A stretch of 64,000 nt of DNA from Toensbergia leucococca. Its lineage: Eukaryota. This document shows positions 24,856-35,605 of this stretch, piece after piece. Numbering within the stretch: position 1 is the stretch's first letter; every line of letters starts with the position of its first letter. Where the stretch lies: assembly GCA_022813965.1 (NCBI GenBank), contig JALDZS010000124.1, forward strand, positions 1 to 64,000, given 5' to 3'. The translations under genes were made by a program, and so were the position numbers. A model generated the notes under the pieces. It searched no databases. It saw only the letters and a list, made by a program, of their open reading frames with translations, and was not told the origin of the DNA.

Positions 24856-27800
24856 ATGGCGATCATCATTGATCTTGAATCTGAGCCAGAATTGACATCG
24901 CCTTCCCCAACCCAATCTAAGAAGAGATCTCACGACGGCACTTTACTTTATGACGGAAACTCGTCTCATAACAGAGCTCCAGAGAACTTTCTGAAAGAGG
25001 GCATCCAAGAAGATAGCTCAGCTGAAGCTCATTCATCCGAGGATGAATCAGATGGCTCACCTGAAACCCACACATCCGAGGATGGATCAGATGGCTCATC
25101 TGAAGCCCACACAGCCGAATATGAATCAGATGAGGAAGGACAAGAGATCAATGCATTACTACTTCAAGCCCTCGACAATATCGAAGCCCATTCTGCCGGC
25201 AGCTTTGATACATGTCATATTCTTTCGAATGCTGCAAATCCTGGTTTATTCGTTAAAAGCCTAGGTGGTATCGGCCTACCGCTTTCAGAGAATGATGCAC
25301 GTCGTCTTGCCGCCGCATCTATCGAAGTACCTTTAAGGAATGAAAGCAAAACCGTTGCTGGTACCACCATGGGAACAACATGGAAATTATGCACATCTCA
25401 ATTCGAGCTACGCAACCCGGCATGGCTTCACACTTTGAACGCTGCTGTCGCAGGGTTGCTGCTGCAGGGTTGCTGCTGATCTTGGTATTCCAGCTGGTAT
25501 CCCTGGTGTACGAGCAGAGCTTTGTAATTTACTACTATACGAGGAAGGAGCTTCCTTCGAGCGATGCAGAGCGTGGGTACTATCTCTGCAATCTATCTGC
25601 GTTGCGCTGACTACCAACAAAGTCCAGAGAAGGGTCAGGGCATTTTTGGCACTTTGGTCATGGCTCTTCCATCATCTCACAAGGGTGGAGCTATCGAGGT
25701 TAAGTTTGGTAAAGACCAGCGCCTGATGGAGACTGCGCCAACTTCAGACTTCGATTTCTCCTGTCTAGCATGGTAAGTGAGCACGTAATCTTTATGACGT
25801 CGGATTAGCTCATCAGCAACAGGTATGCCGACGTTGAGCATTCTGTCCAGAAAATTACATCCGGCCATCGCCTTGTCTTGACCTACAACCTAATACACGA
25901 CACGTCACGAACGCCATGTCGTGCCGCAGACTCAGGAGAACACCAGCTGAAACTCAATGATGCCTTGCATGTATGGCAAGTTGCCTACAAGAAGAACCCC
26001 TACTATTGGCCCTTGGCATACCAATTGGGCCACAGATATACCGAGGCCAATTTGCGTCTTAGCCAGCTGAAAGGTCTGGATCATGTGAAGGCTCAATGCT
26101 TGCAAAGAGCTTGTCAAGAGCAGGGGTTTTCCTTCTTTCTCGCAAATATTGAACAGACTGTTGAGGGTGACTGTGATTATGAGGAGTATCGCGGCTACGG
26201 CTACGGCGGTCGCTACTACGACAGTGATGCTACTGACGCTAACGACAGGTATCATTCTATTACCAACGAATTAGAAAGGAGTATAGAGCTGGAGACTGTT
26301 GTACGAACAGATGGTTCTGTGTTTGCCACAGGCGTCCATTTCGAAGAGGGAAACATCTTACAAGAAAATACTTCCGAGCGTGAGCCGGATGAGGAAGATT
26401 ATGAAGGCGACGTAGGGAATGAATACCCTAATACAACACACTACTATCGAGACAGCGTTATCTTGATCATGCCCAAGGATAGCCAGGAAGGATTAGAATT
26501 TGAAGCTGCTATGGCTGATGGTACTAAGATCAAGGGCTTTCTGCAGACCCTCTCAAGGGCTGTGGAAGAGTCCAGATGCAAGAGCTCAAACGAGGTCCCA
26601 CACACCTCTTCGGAGCCATGCCACACCCGTCTTGAGCGATTTTGCAAACATGTCATCGCAAACCATGGTTATGTTTACAATCAATCAATCTGTGATGATA
26701 TGGTTGCTGCCGCGCTGCTGCTTGACCACTCATCACTTTTTCTCATCATCGCAAACGCCAAAGAGTGTAAACTATCGCTCACTACATATCGCAAGATCGG
26801 AATGGCAATGCCATTTGAGATTTCCGAAGCTCTCGAGTGGCAGAATGCTATTGCCCTAGTGGCGCGAAGAGTGAAGGAGATACACAATATCTGGGATGTG
26901 TTGGCAGAAGTTGCAGAAGGGTTCAAGGTCAGCCTGGCGAATTCGTCCAGGCCTGCGAATATAAGCCTCGACTCGCTCTATATCTGGATGTATTCGACCA
27001 TCACCACTAGTTTTGAAGCATCACAGGATCTAGAAAGTAGAGATGGAGCAATTGTCGAACAACTTACTCAGATTTGTGGAGCTGGCGAACAGTCACTTTT
27101 CCAAACAATTCTTCCATACGTCAAGAAGAACGTAGCAAACAAGGCTTTCACTCTAGCCTTTCTCAGCACTATTTATGTCTCCTGCGAAGTGGGTGACATT
27201 CGTAAAGAGGTCGTCGCGAATCTGTATCGCGATATCTTAAGTGAACTAGCCATGGAATTCTTCAAGCTCGATGAGCTTGGGGACCACTCAACCCCAGCGG
27301 GAAGGGCCAAGTATATACAAAGAGCAGCGAAGACCGCTAGTCTTGTGAAAGCAGAGGACATTGCCAAACTCCTCGGTCACTGCCTATCCTTAGGTCTTAA
27401 AATCGAGACCCAAAATATTCTCCGCGACATTGTTCGCAAAAGCGAAAGCTACCCTGTAGTAGCATTTGGTGACTTCTGGTTTCCTTTCCTGCAGCATTTT
27501 CTGGCATTGGTAGCTACCTGGCCTGATCAAGAGTCAAATGAATATCGTCATGTCTTCCAGGACATCATTGGCAACTATGTTCGACGCTACCTGGGTGAAG
27601 AACCTCCTATACCTACTATTGCCCCGCCATCTCCACGCGGCTGCGGCTGCGCAGAATGCAAGCAGCTCGACCGATTCCTTCTTGACTCAGAGCATAAGAC
27701 CCGCACTTTCCGCTTCAACAAACCCGTGCGCCTTCATCTCGAGTCACGGTTAGGCTCGCATTATAGCCACAGAACTGAATTGAAAGGCTCGCCCTATGCG

Positions 27801-28073
27801 TTGATCGTCACGAAGAATGAAGGCCAATACAGAGCCAGACGGGCTGTCTCGGACTACAAAAAGAGGTACGACTGTGCGCGAAAGACCATTAGTTGGATTG
27901 GCTTGACAGAGCTGAATAAAGTGCTCGGGACTAAGGGCGAGGAGCTGATTGACTTCAAGTCTGTCAGAAACAAGCTTATTGCCTCTGGTCATACAAGGGT
28001 CCCGCTCGGGGATATCTCGCAGCCCATTGTTATTCCTGATAGTGATTTCTGCGGAGGGGTGAAGAGTAAGTAG
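24856..28073 (+). pseudogene. Large fungal 2OG-Fe(II) oxygenase-superfamily protein, frameshifted near 25450-25478
   Basis: NPGLFVKSLGGIGLPLS, RAELCNLLLYEEG, FGTLVMALPSSHKGG and AWYADVEHSVQKITSGHRLVLTYNL motifs. Two introns. C-terminal GCGCAECKQLDRFL. Confidence 0.75.
25016..25135 (+). repeat. Coding 39-bp imperfect tandem repeat (3 copies, acidic 13-aa unit)
   Basis: SAEAHSSEDESDG / SPETHTSEDGSDG / SSEAHTAEYESDE. Confidence 0.7.
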
Positions 28074-29094
28074 GGAAACGCGGCAGCTTACGGAGAGATA
28101 TTTCAGGTCATTGCTCAAGATCTTCTTGATTGTAATTGTCTATGAAGTTACTTCTTCTAATCTGCGGGGTATTGAGAGTTGGAGGTTTGATTTCAAGATA
28201 CCCCTTTTTCTCAATCCATTGCCATTTTCTTTTGAGAAAGTGCGCGAACAGGAAAAAGTAATTGTATGGTAGAGGGAATACTCTCTCGCGAAAACAGTCT
28301 TTGAATAACACTTTTTGGGCGCATATACAGGAAAAACATCACGATTCCATACAACCATATTTTTCACTTAAACACTTCACTCACAGTACTAACAGTACAA
28401 AGGCCTAGAAATAATCCACCATCCACATCCGATTAGATAGCGTGATTAAAAATGAGGTAGAGGGTGAAACGCATCAGTAATGCGCCCTGGGGTGGGGTAG
28501 GAGAATGGGGTGGAGGGTTTGGGTCACTACAATGTGGTGCAAAGTCGCCCATGTTTTCTTCTGCCCATGTCGCCAACGCGCGAATATCGCGAGCGGCTTT
28601 CTAAGTTACGCGGCGGCTATTCGTAGAGTTGATGGAACGGAAGTAAGTCAAAGGACGAGTGGGACCCCCACGCCTCGACTTTGCAGAAGCTTGGCCTTTC
28701 ACTTCATCACAATGTCTACATCACAAATCTCTACATGACAAGAGGAAGTACACTGACATGAAACTCTGAAGCTGTGATCATGAATCACTTTACGCTGTTT
28801 CAATACTCTGAGGTGATGATATGCTCTACGGATATCAGAGCGGCGAAGTTTTCCCATCTAAGTGAGAACTTTTACACGAGCTGTACATTCTCATATGCGC
28901 ATTTCCGCGCTCTCTGATCATTTTGGCTGCCTACTTGCAAACGCTTTGACCCTGCTCACGTAAGGGTGCTGTCTGTCTAGGCTGACTCCAAGTCTCTTCA
29001 TGTCTCGAGAATATTTTCTTCGTGATTATGAGAGTGCTGCACTTCGAGGATACTGCTCAAGTGTGGGAAGAGGTTTCCGAGCTCATGAAAGACT

Positions 29095-31202
29095 ATGTCG
29101 TCTGCAAGGACTGAGGGTGTGGTTCATGGACCTGCTACTTGGGTAGACCATGACCGAACGTCATTGTTCCGTGAGCGTCGCACTGCTCTATATATCAGCT
29201 TTGGTACAGTCCGTATCTAATCTTACTTTTCAGGTCGTCAGTTCCTAGTAACGGACTATCAAGCTTCAATTATGAGTAATCTTGTTGCCATGGCTCTGAC
29301 ACTGGCTGGACCACGTCTTTGGATTCTAATCAAGGCCTTCAACGTGGGCATTTATCAGACTTTCCGCAGATCATGTCGCACTCTGTTTGGACCACATAAC
29401 ATTCGGGCTTTTCCAGGAATCGTTTTGTCGTCCATCAGCCCCCATCCAAGGATCCCAAACTCATCAGCTGCTCAGCACCATAGCCGCTCGGGCCATGGCA
29501 ATCCAAGCCACAGTCTGACCGTGATGGAAGAGTCTCATTCTGAGCTTGGAGCAGCCAGGGACCTAACGAGCGATGCCTTGCGGCAGCTACAAGCCACTCA
29601 GATTGAGCTACCCGTGAGCCACCGTCGGGCAGCTCAATGATCAGCAATAAGAATCAGATTCGAACGTTTGTGCTACAAGCCCATATCAAAAATGTGGAAG
29701 AACTTTTTGATGCACCCCGTGGATATTGCGATTCAGTTCCTCTTATCGTTTATGTTTATCGGCATTTTTGTTGCAGAATCTTCTGGCAGCGTACTATCAG
29801 CCAGCATTGTTAGCGATACAACAGCGTTGACATCTTCTCCTCAGTGCTTCGCTCCCTACCTTACTACTAATGTTGCTGGTAGAGCTCTGTCGTACAGCAG
29901 GCAGTGTTACAATGCCTCGGAGGGAAGCGAGGGATGCAACTATTACTACAACCAGAGCATTGGTTATACCTCTGAATCTAGTGATGATTGTCCTTGGGAG
30001 GGAAATAGGTGTGCTTTACTGAAGAATACATCATACTCCCTAGACACTGGCCATGTTCACACCAAATACATTGGTATCAACGCACCAGAGCGGTATACCT
30101 TTCGAAAAAGGACCACTTGTGCGCCGTTGACTCAGAGTAATAACTTCGAAGGGGCATTGATCCCAGGATACGCTGGCGGCTCTTTGAATGGTTGGGACCT
30201 TCCACGCCAGTTCCCACTCGGCTTCAGCATACCCGGGTACGTATATTCTCGTGGCCTTTGGAGATCAAGTGAGCCCTCTATTCTATTGTTCAATGTTTAC
30301 TGAAGTCTAGCATCCGTTGCGCAAATAACACGGAGACGCTTAACCGCACCTTCTTCTCCGCGGAGTCACTCGCATCGAGTATGGTCACTCTGGTGCAAAT
30401 AGATTCCGTTAACATGTCCTATCCCCAATATCAGGAAAACATTATATTTCCTGCTCGACACTTCGATGAGTCTAGAGGGACGTTCCCGTGGCAATACCGT
30501 AACGATGATCCAACGCCGACCGTCCTTGGTTGCATAGACCACACGGAAATCTGCGATTCCCACGGAAAGAAATGCTGGGCGCCACCCAGCTTTTTCACGC
30601 CAAGAGCAGCGTTCCAGTGGGTACGCGAAATCACAACCGCGAACCAGGATCTATCTCTTGCCCTCCTCATGGGCTCACTTGCTGGCTCCGGTGTATGTTC
30701 GGCGCTTAGCGGAGGCTCCTTGGAGACGAGCATCAACACTTACGACTTCGAAACAGCATCGAGATGTCATTTCCAGTCTTGCTCCACTCTGCCGGTCGAC
30801 CAATGGAAGACTGAAGCAAGACGATGGTTCGAAGCCTCCCTAGCCAGGATCCAGATCAACGTGCTCGACATCACGCGCGGCACCAGCAATCTTGGCCATG
30901 CCGATCACGACGGCATCCCTCCGAGCTTACGAGGGATCTGTCAAATGGGGAAATTCAAAAGCGTGGCGTGGCGCAACGTCAGTGTTTGGGGTTTTCTCGG
31001 ACTGCTTTTCTTGGCTGCCGCAGTCACTTTGGCCAGTTGTAAAACACGGGATGACTGTCTGTGGCTTACCGTGGGGATCAGGAAAGTACTCCGTGCTTTA
31101 TGGTGGATCCTCAAATGTGCGGCATCGTTACTTACCTGCTTCTTCCGTGTCCCCCCGGTACTGGTTTCATTATCAAGGGTAATGAGGTCTGATGCATTTT
31201 GA
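29095..31202 (+). pseudogene. Hypothetical fungal membrane glycoprotein with an in-frame stop at 29638-29640
   Basis: Exon 1 MSSARTEG..WVDHDRTSLF is spliced to RRQFLVTDY..LAGPRLW. ORFs 29272-29640 and 29668-30303 are in the same frame, separated by one TGA. Cys-containing luminal region and C-terminal TM segment (NVSVWGFLGLLFLAAAV). Confidence 0.6.
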
Positions 31203-31310
31203 TTTAATTCTGAAACCTCTATTGTGTGCTATAGATAGATGGCACACAATACAGAAGGTAAATGACATGCAATAGATATATAACACACAATAGATATATG
31301 ACAGATACCA

Positions 31311-32093
31311 TATAATCTGTCATATAAGATTCGAATCTTATAAGTAGTTCATCGTCTACAGGCCATTTGGAACCATATCTTATGGGCCAGTAGTATCTTA
31401 TATACAGTTCTTCGAGCAAGGTCTTTGAGTGGGATCAATACATTCACTTGAGAAAATCACCAAATTCAATACTAATCTCTCTAACATCTCATCTCAATCA
31501 ATAAGCCTCTCAAGCAGCGCATTGAGGATCTAGCTGATGAGCATTATGATAAACATCATAAGAAGTATGCTTTCAGAAAGTATACTGTAGGTGAAAGACG
31601 TGTGATGTTGACGGAGTGAGTGAGTCAGGCATGAAGGGAGTTTCATAAGGATTCAATTAAGTCAGAATTGATTCACAAAACGTTTCATCAAGTAGGACTA
31701 TCCTTGACTGTAGATGAGAGCGAAGATCATGAGCTGTGAATAAAGGATATACCTGATGTACAGGTTGGTGACTGAACTAGAAGGTTGAAGGAGATTAGCA
31801 ATCTTGCAGCAATTGATGAGGATGAGGAGGAGGAGGAGGAGGAGGAGAAGGAGACTGAGGATGATGATGATGACAACGTCCAGGTCTTTGACAGTGATGA
31901 TGAGGATGAGGAGGAAGAGAAGAAGGAGGAGGATGATGATGAGGTGAAGTACGTACCTGAGACCCCTCTCACATGTAGGTAGATAATATCTTATAGATTA
32001 AAAGGCCTATCATCTCAAAAAGTTGAATTGAAACCATATCTTATAAGTCAGAAGTATCTTATATATCAGTAGTATCTTATATGACAGATTATA
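31311..32093 (+). mobile_element. Internally deleted, mutated pogo/Tc1-mariner (DDE_1) DNA transposon
   Basis: Perfect 20-bp inverted repeats tataatctgtcatataagat (31311-31330) and atcttatatgacagattata (32074-32093). Internal frame reads KYTVGERRVMLTE*VSQA*REFH..LIHKTFHQVGLSLTVDESEDHEL*IKD plus an acidic tail, typical of a pogo transposase C-terminus. Confidence 0.8.
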
Positions 32094-32099
32094 CAGTAA

Positions 32100-33430
32100 T
32101 AGAGAAGGTAAATGACAATAAAAAGATGATCTAAAAAAGAATAAGGGTTAAAAAATGAATTGCAGAGTTTCTTAATTTATCTAATCTGAAGAAGTTTGTT
32201 CTCTTATATTTACAACAACAAGAGTGTTAAATATATTAAAATCAGACTTTTTTACTGTGACTGTGAAATTCAGCCCTTTATGCAGACAGTTATATTCATC
32301 TCATCTCTCTTGATTTATTCCCTTAAAAGACAGCATCCTCTCTCTCAATCTTACTCTCTTATATAAACCCTTAGAATTCTTCTTAAAGACTTACTTCTCA
32401 CTCTTCAATTAACATCACAGCTTCTCAATCTCTCAGTTCTTAAATAATAACTTCTTCAAGCCTTGTCTAATAATACAGACGCTGATCAGACTCTCACTTT
32501 TCTGTGTCTCTTAACTGGTGTATTTGATGTTAGATTTATTAATTATGTTCTGCTTGGTTAGAATTGAGAGATCTTTGAAGATGTCAGTGCAGTAGAGCTA
32601 AAGCATGACTAAGTCTAAGAGAGTAAGAATAAAGTTATCAGTAAGAGTGTGAGTAGTGATGACAGAGTAAGAGAATCAGAATTTAAACATAAGTACTTCA
32701 GATGTCAAGAAAGTAATTGTTGAGGTTTTTAAGTTATGTGAAATCTGAATATCACAGCTATAAAGAGAAGAGATAATGATAACTTAAGAAAAGTGAAAAC
32801 AGGTATAAGAGTCAATCTTATAAATATTTAAAATAACAAATAATGTTGATTTAAAACTGATGAGCATATACAGTTATTGTCTGATCAACAATCAAGACTT
32901 AAACTTGCATCAAAAAAGTCACATCATCAAGTTCTTTATCATGCTAAACTCTTATCATACTCAGTATTTTAGACATTAATAATAAGAGTCTAAAGTAGTC
33001 TGTCAAATGATTGAATGTCTTGAAAGTGACAGTCAATTATTTAAACATTTCACTGCAGAGATTGACTCTTGTCTTCATCACAAGCATCAATTAATTCACT
33101 GTCATAGCTCAAAGTGATATAAAATTCATCTCATTCTTAATGTGAGAAATAATGACTATGAGAATGAGGTGAATAAGAGATATAGGTCACATGTGAATTC
33201 AATATTTCAGGGAGTCTTTAAATTAGTATAATGTATAGCAGAAGGAATAAGAGTGATAAGCTTTAACACAAAGATCTGATATACAGTTTTTAAGAAGATA
33301 TTTGTGTTTTGGTTTTCTGACAAGGAAAGAGCTTTGTCTTTCTGCAGGGAGGTGTAGGGTTTTTCTGTGTGAAGGTAATAAAGTGATTAAAAAGAAGGGC
33401 TAGGAGCAAGGTGCAGTGTTTTTTTTATAT
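32100..33430. mobile_element. AT-rich degraded TE relic (possibly LINE-derived)
   Basis: No ORFs, low GC, CpG and TGG/CCA depleted. The class assignment is tentative. Confidence 0.5.
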
Positions 33431-33630
33431 ATATATTTGAATTCTGCGTATATGTGATCAGTATTGATTGATTGATAGGTTGGCTTTTGAAATAGAGGGT
33501 TTGACAGTAGTCCGTTCTATGATTGCAATACTTGTATGTGACAACACAGTGACTCTGAGCAAGATATAAAAGACACGAGTGATCAAACTAGTGATTTTCA
33601 GATAGAATTGTTCCTTCCTCGCCCAGAAAA

Positions 33631-34587
33631 TCAGAGATTACTCGTCACACCCGGCTGATTCGCTTCCAGAATCTCACTCAACTCCTTCCAAATCTTCCCA
33701 GACGCTTCCTTGCCATCTCCGCTCTTGACAAAAGCAGACAGGGCATCGTCGTCGATCTGCGCATCGGTCATGTACTTGCCATGCGATTCGGGTCCTGCAA
33801 CGGCGGCGGCCACGAGGTTGCGACTCCCCACCTCCGTCGTTCGTGCGAGGAAAAATTTCATGACTGTCAGGACTAGGCCCCCGTCTCGAGAGAGCTCGGA
33901 ATGGCATAAACCCGGATTGACCATGTTGAGGATGACGCCGGATCCGTCCAGCTTGGGTGCGATATGCCGGACGACGAGGACTTGGAGGAGTTTGCTGGTC
34001 GGGTATCGTTCGTTCACTCGCGCCTTGGACTCGTCGTCGAGAGCGGCAAAGGTGTTGGGTTCTTTCCATTCGGGGAATTTGGTCATGGAGTGGACGTCAC
34101 TTGCTACGATTACGAGGCGGGGGTTGATGGAGAAGTCCTGCGCCGAGGCTTTGAGTTTCGGGAGCATCAACATGGCGAGGTAGAAGGTGCTGATGACGTT
34201 GACGGCGATGATCCTTTCGTGGTCTCCGGCGAGTGCCCATGTGTAGCCGGCCACTCCGGCGTTCTGGAGCAGGACGTCCAGACGGGGTAGTTTGGAGGCG
34301 CGATTGGCGAAGGACTTGCAGGACTCGTAGGAGAGGAGGTCAAGAGGCCAGACCTCGAGGACGTCGGCACTGCATTTTGTGCTGGTTTCAATGTCCTGCT
34401 TGGCTTCTTCGCCGGCTTTGCTGTTGCGGACGGCCAGGATTATTTTGGAGGTGCCGAGACGGGCAAAGTGACGAGCGGCTTCTTTTCCCAGACCGATGTT
34501 GGAGCCTGTCACGATGATTGTTTGTCCTGCGCAAGAGGCTGTGGGGTACACGGGGGTCACGAAGAGTTGTGAGTATATGAAACCCAT
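33631..34587 (-). CDS. Short-chain dehydrogenase/reductase (retinol dehydrogenase-like)
   Basis: TGSNIGLG cofactor motif, NAG, YPTSK catalytic motif, NPG; intronless, 318 aa. Confidence 0.95.
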   Translation of the reverse strand: MGFIYSQLFVTPVYPTASCAGQTIIVTGSNIGLGKEAARHFARLGTSKIILAVRNSKAGEEAKQDIETSTKCSADVLEVWPLDLLSYESCKSFANRASKLPRLDVLLQNAGVAGYTWALAGDHERIIAVNVISTFYLAMLMLPKLKASAQDFSINPRLVIVASDVHSMTKFPEWKEPNTFAALDDESKARVNERYPTSKLLQVLVVRHIAPKLDGSGVILNMVNPGLCHSELSRDGGLVLTVMKFFLARTTEVGSRNLVAAAVAGPESHGKYMTDAQIDDDALSAFVKSGDGKEASGKIWKELSEILEANQPGVTSNL

Positions 34588-35605
34588 GTTTGACGGTTGA
34601 AATGGATAGTGGAGGGAGTGAAGAGACAGAGTGGAGTTGAAGGAGGAAATTCTGGAATGAAGAGTCTTGCTGGGAAAAACATGTCTATATAAATATTTAT
34701 TGAGAGAAAGGGCAGCGTGGAACTCTTATTGAACTGCCCAATGTCAAAGCAGAGATCATTGGCCAGTCTGAAGATGGCTAAGCCCTTTCAGGACATACCC
34801 TCGAGAGGTTGACATTGAGCATACCTAGCGCGACGGAGTTAAGAACCTTTTCTTCACGAGTGACTCGTCTTTAGAATGCCCCGAAGCGAGGCCTATTGGG
34901 TAGCGAGGCATCTGATTGGCTCACTGAATAGAGCACTAAGGTAGTCATCTCATCTTCCCGCAACCAGTGCTCTCAAGATCAATATCTGGTAAGGGAGGGT
35001 GCCTCGATGCCTCGTTTTGCAGTCTTCAGTGTGCCGCGCTTCGGGGTAAATACAAGTAACACCGAAGAACAAAACCTGAATGCAATGCCAACAATTGAGA
35101 GTTCGCGCCTGGCAAAGGGTCAATAATCTCTAACACTGCGATGACCCGCTCCTGGAGTAGGGAATCTCATTGAAGTGATCATCAAAGCAAGCGTGTAATA
35201 GAATAGATGTGAAGATGTCATCAAGATTGTGCAGATAGGATGAAGACTCATCTCGCTTCCTAGCGGCGGGAAATCAATCGAGGGATCAGTGCCATTTGCC
35301 TGTATTCTAGCTTATCCAACCCAACAACGATCCTCAATCTTGGTTCCATCCCACCTCCCACTATCCTTTCTATGACAATCCCGAAAACAACCAAACCAAG
35401 AGATTCCTCCCCGAAGAAGAACATGCAACAGCCGGTCTTCACCAGCCATCACCGCACTCAAGTTTTCCTCGTGTCTGGGGGCGTATGTGACAGACAAGGC
35501 TCACTCACAGAATCACATGAGCTCCAGTCCAATTCCAACCTCATTGTTTCTCATGCACCACAAAAGGAAATTGAAACCGCGCTGTAAAATACGCACGCAA
35601 CACAA

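Noticed and set aside
31727..31982. Poly-Ser and poly-acidic small ORFs
   Set aside because: These are the acidic tail of the dead pogo transposase and its antisense, not independent genes.
33674..34517. Several overlapping alternative-frame ORFs
   Set aside because: GC-rich shadows of the SDR gene.
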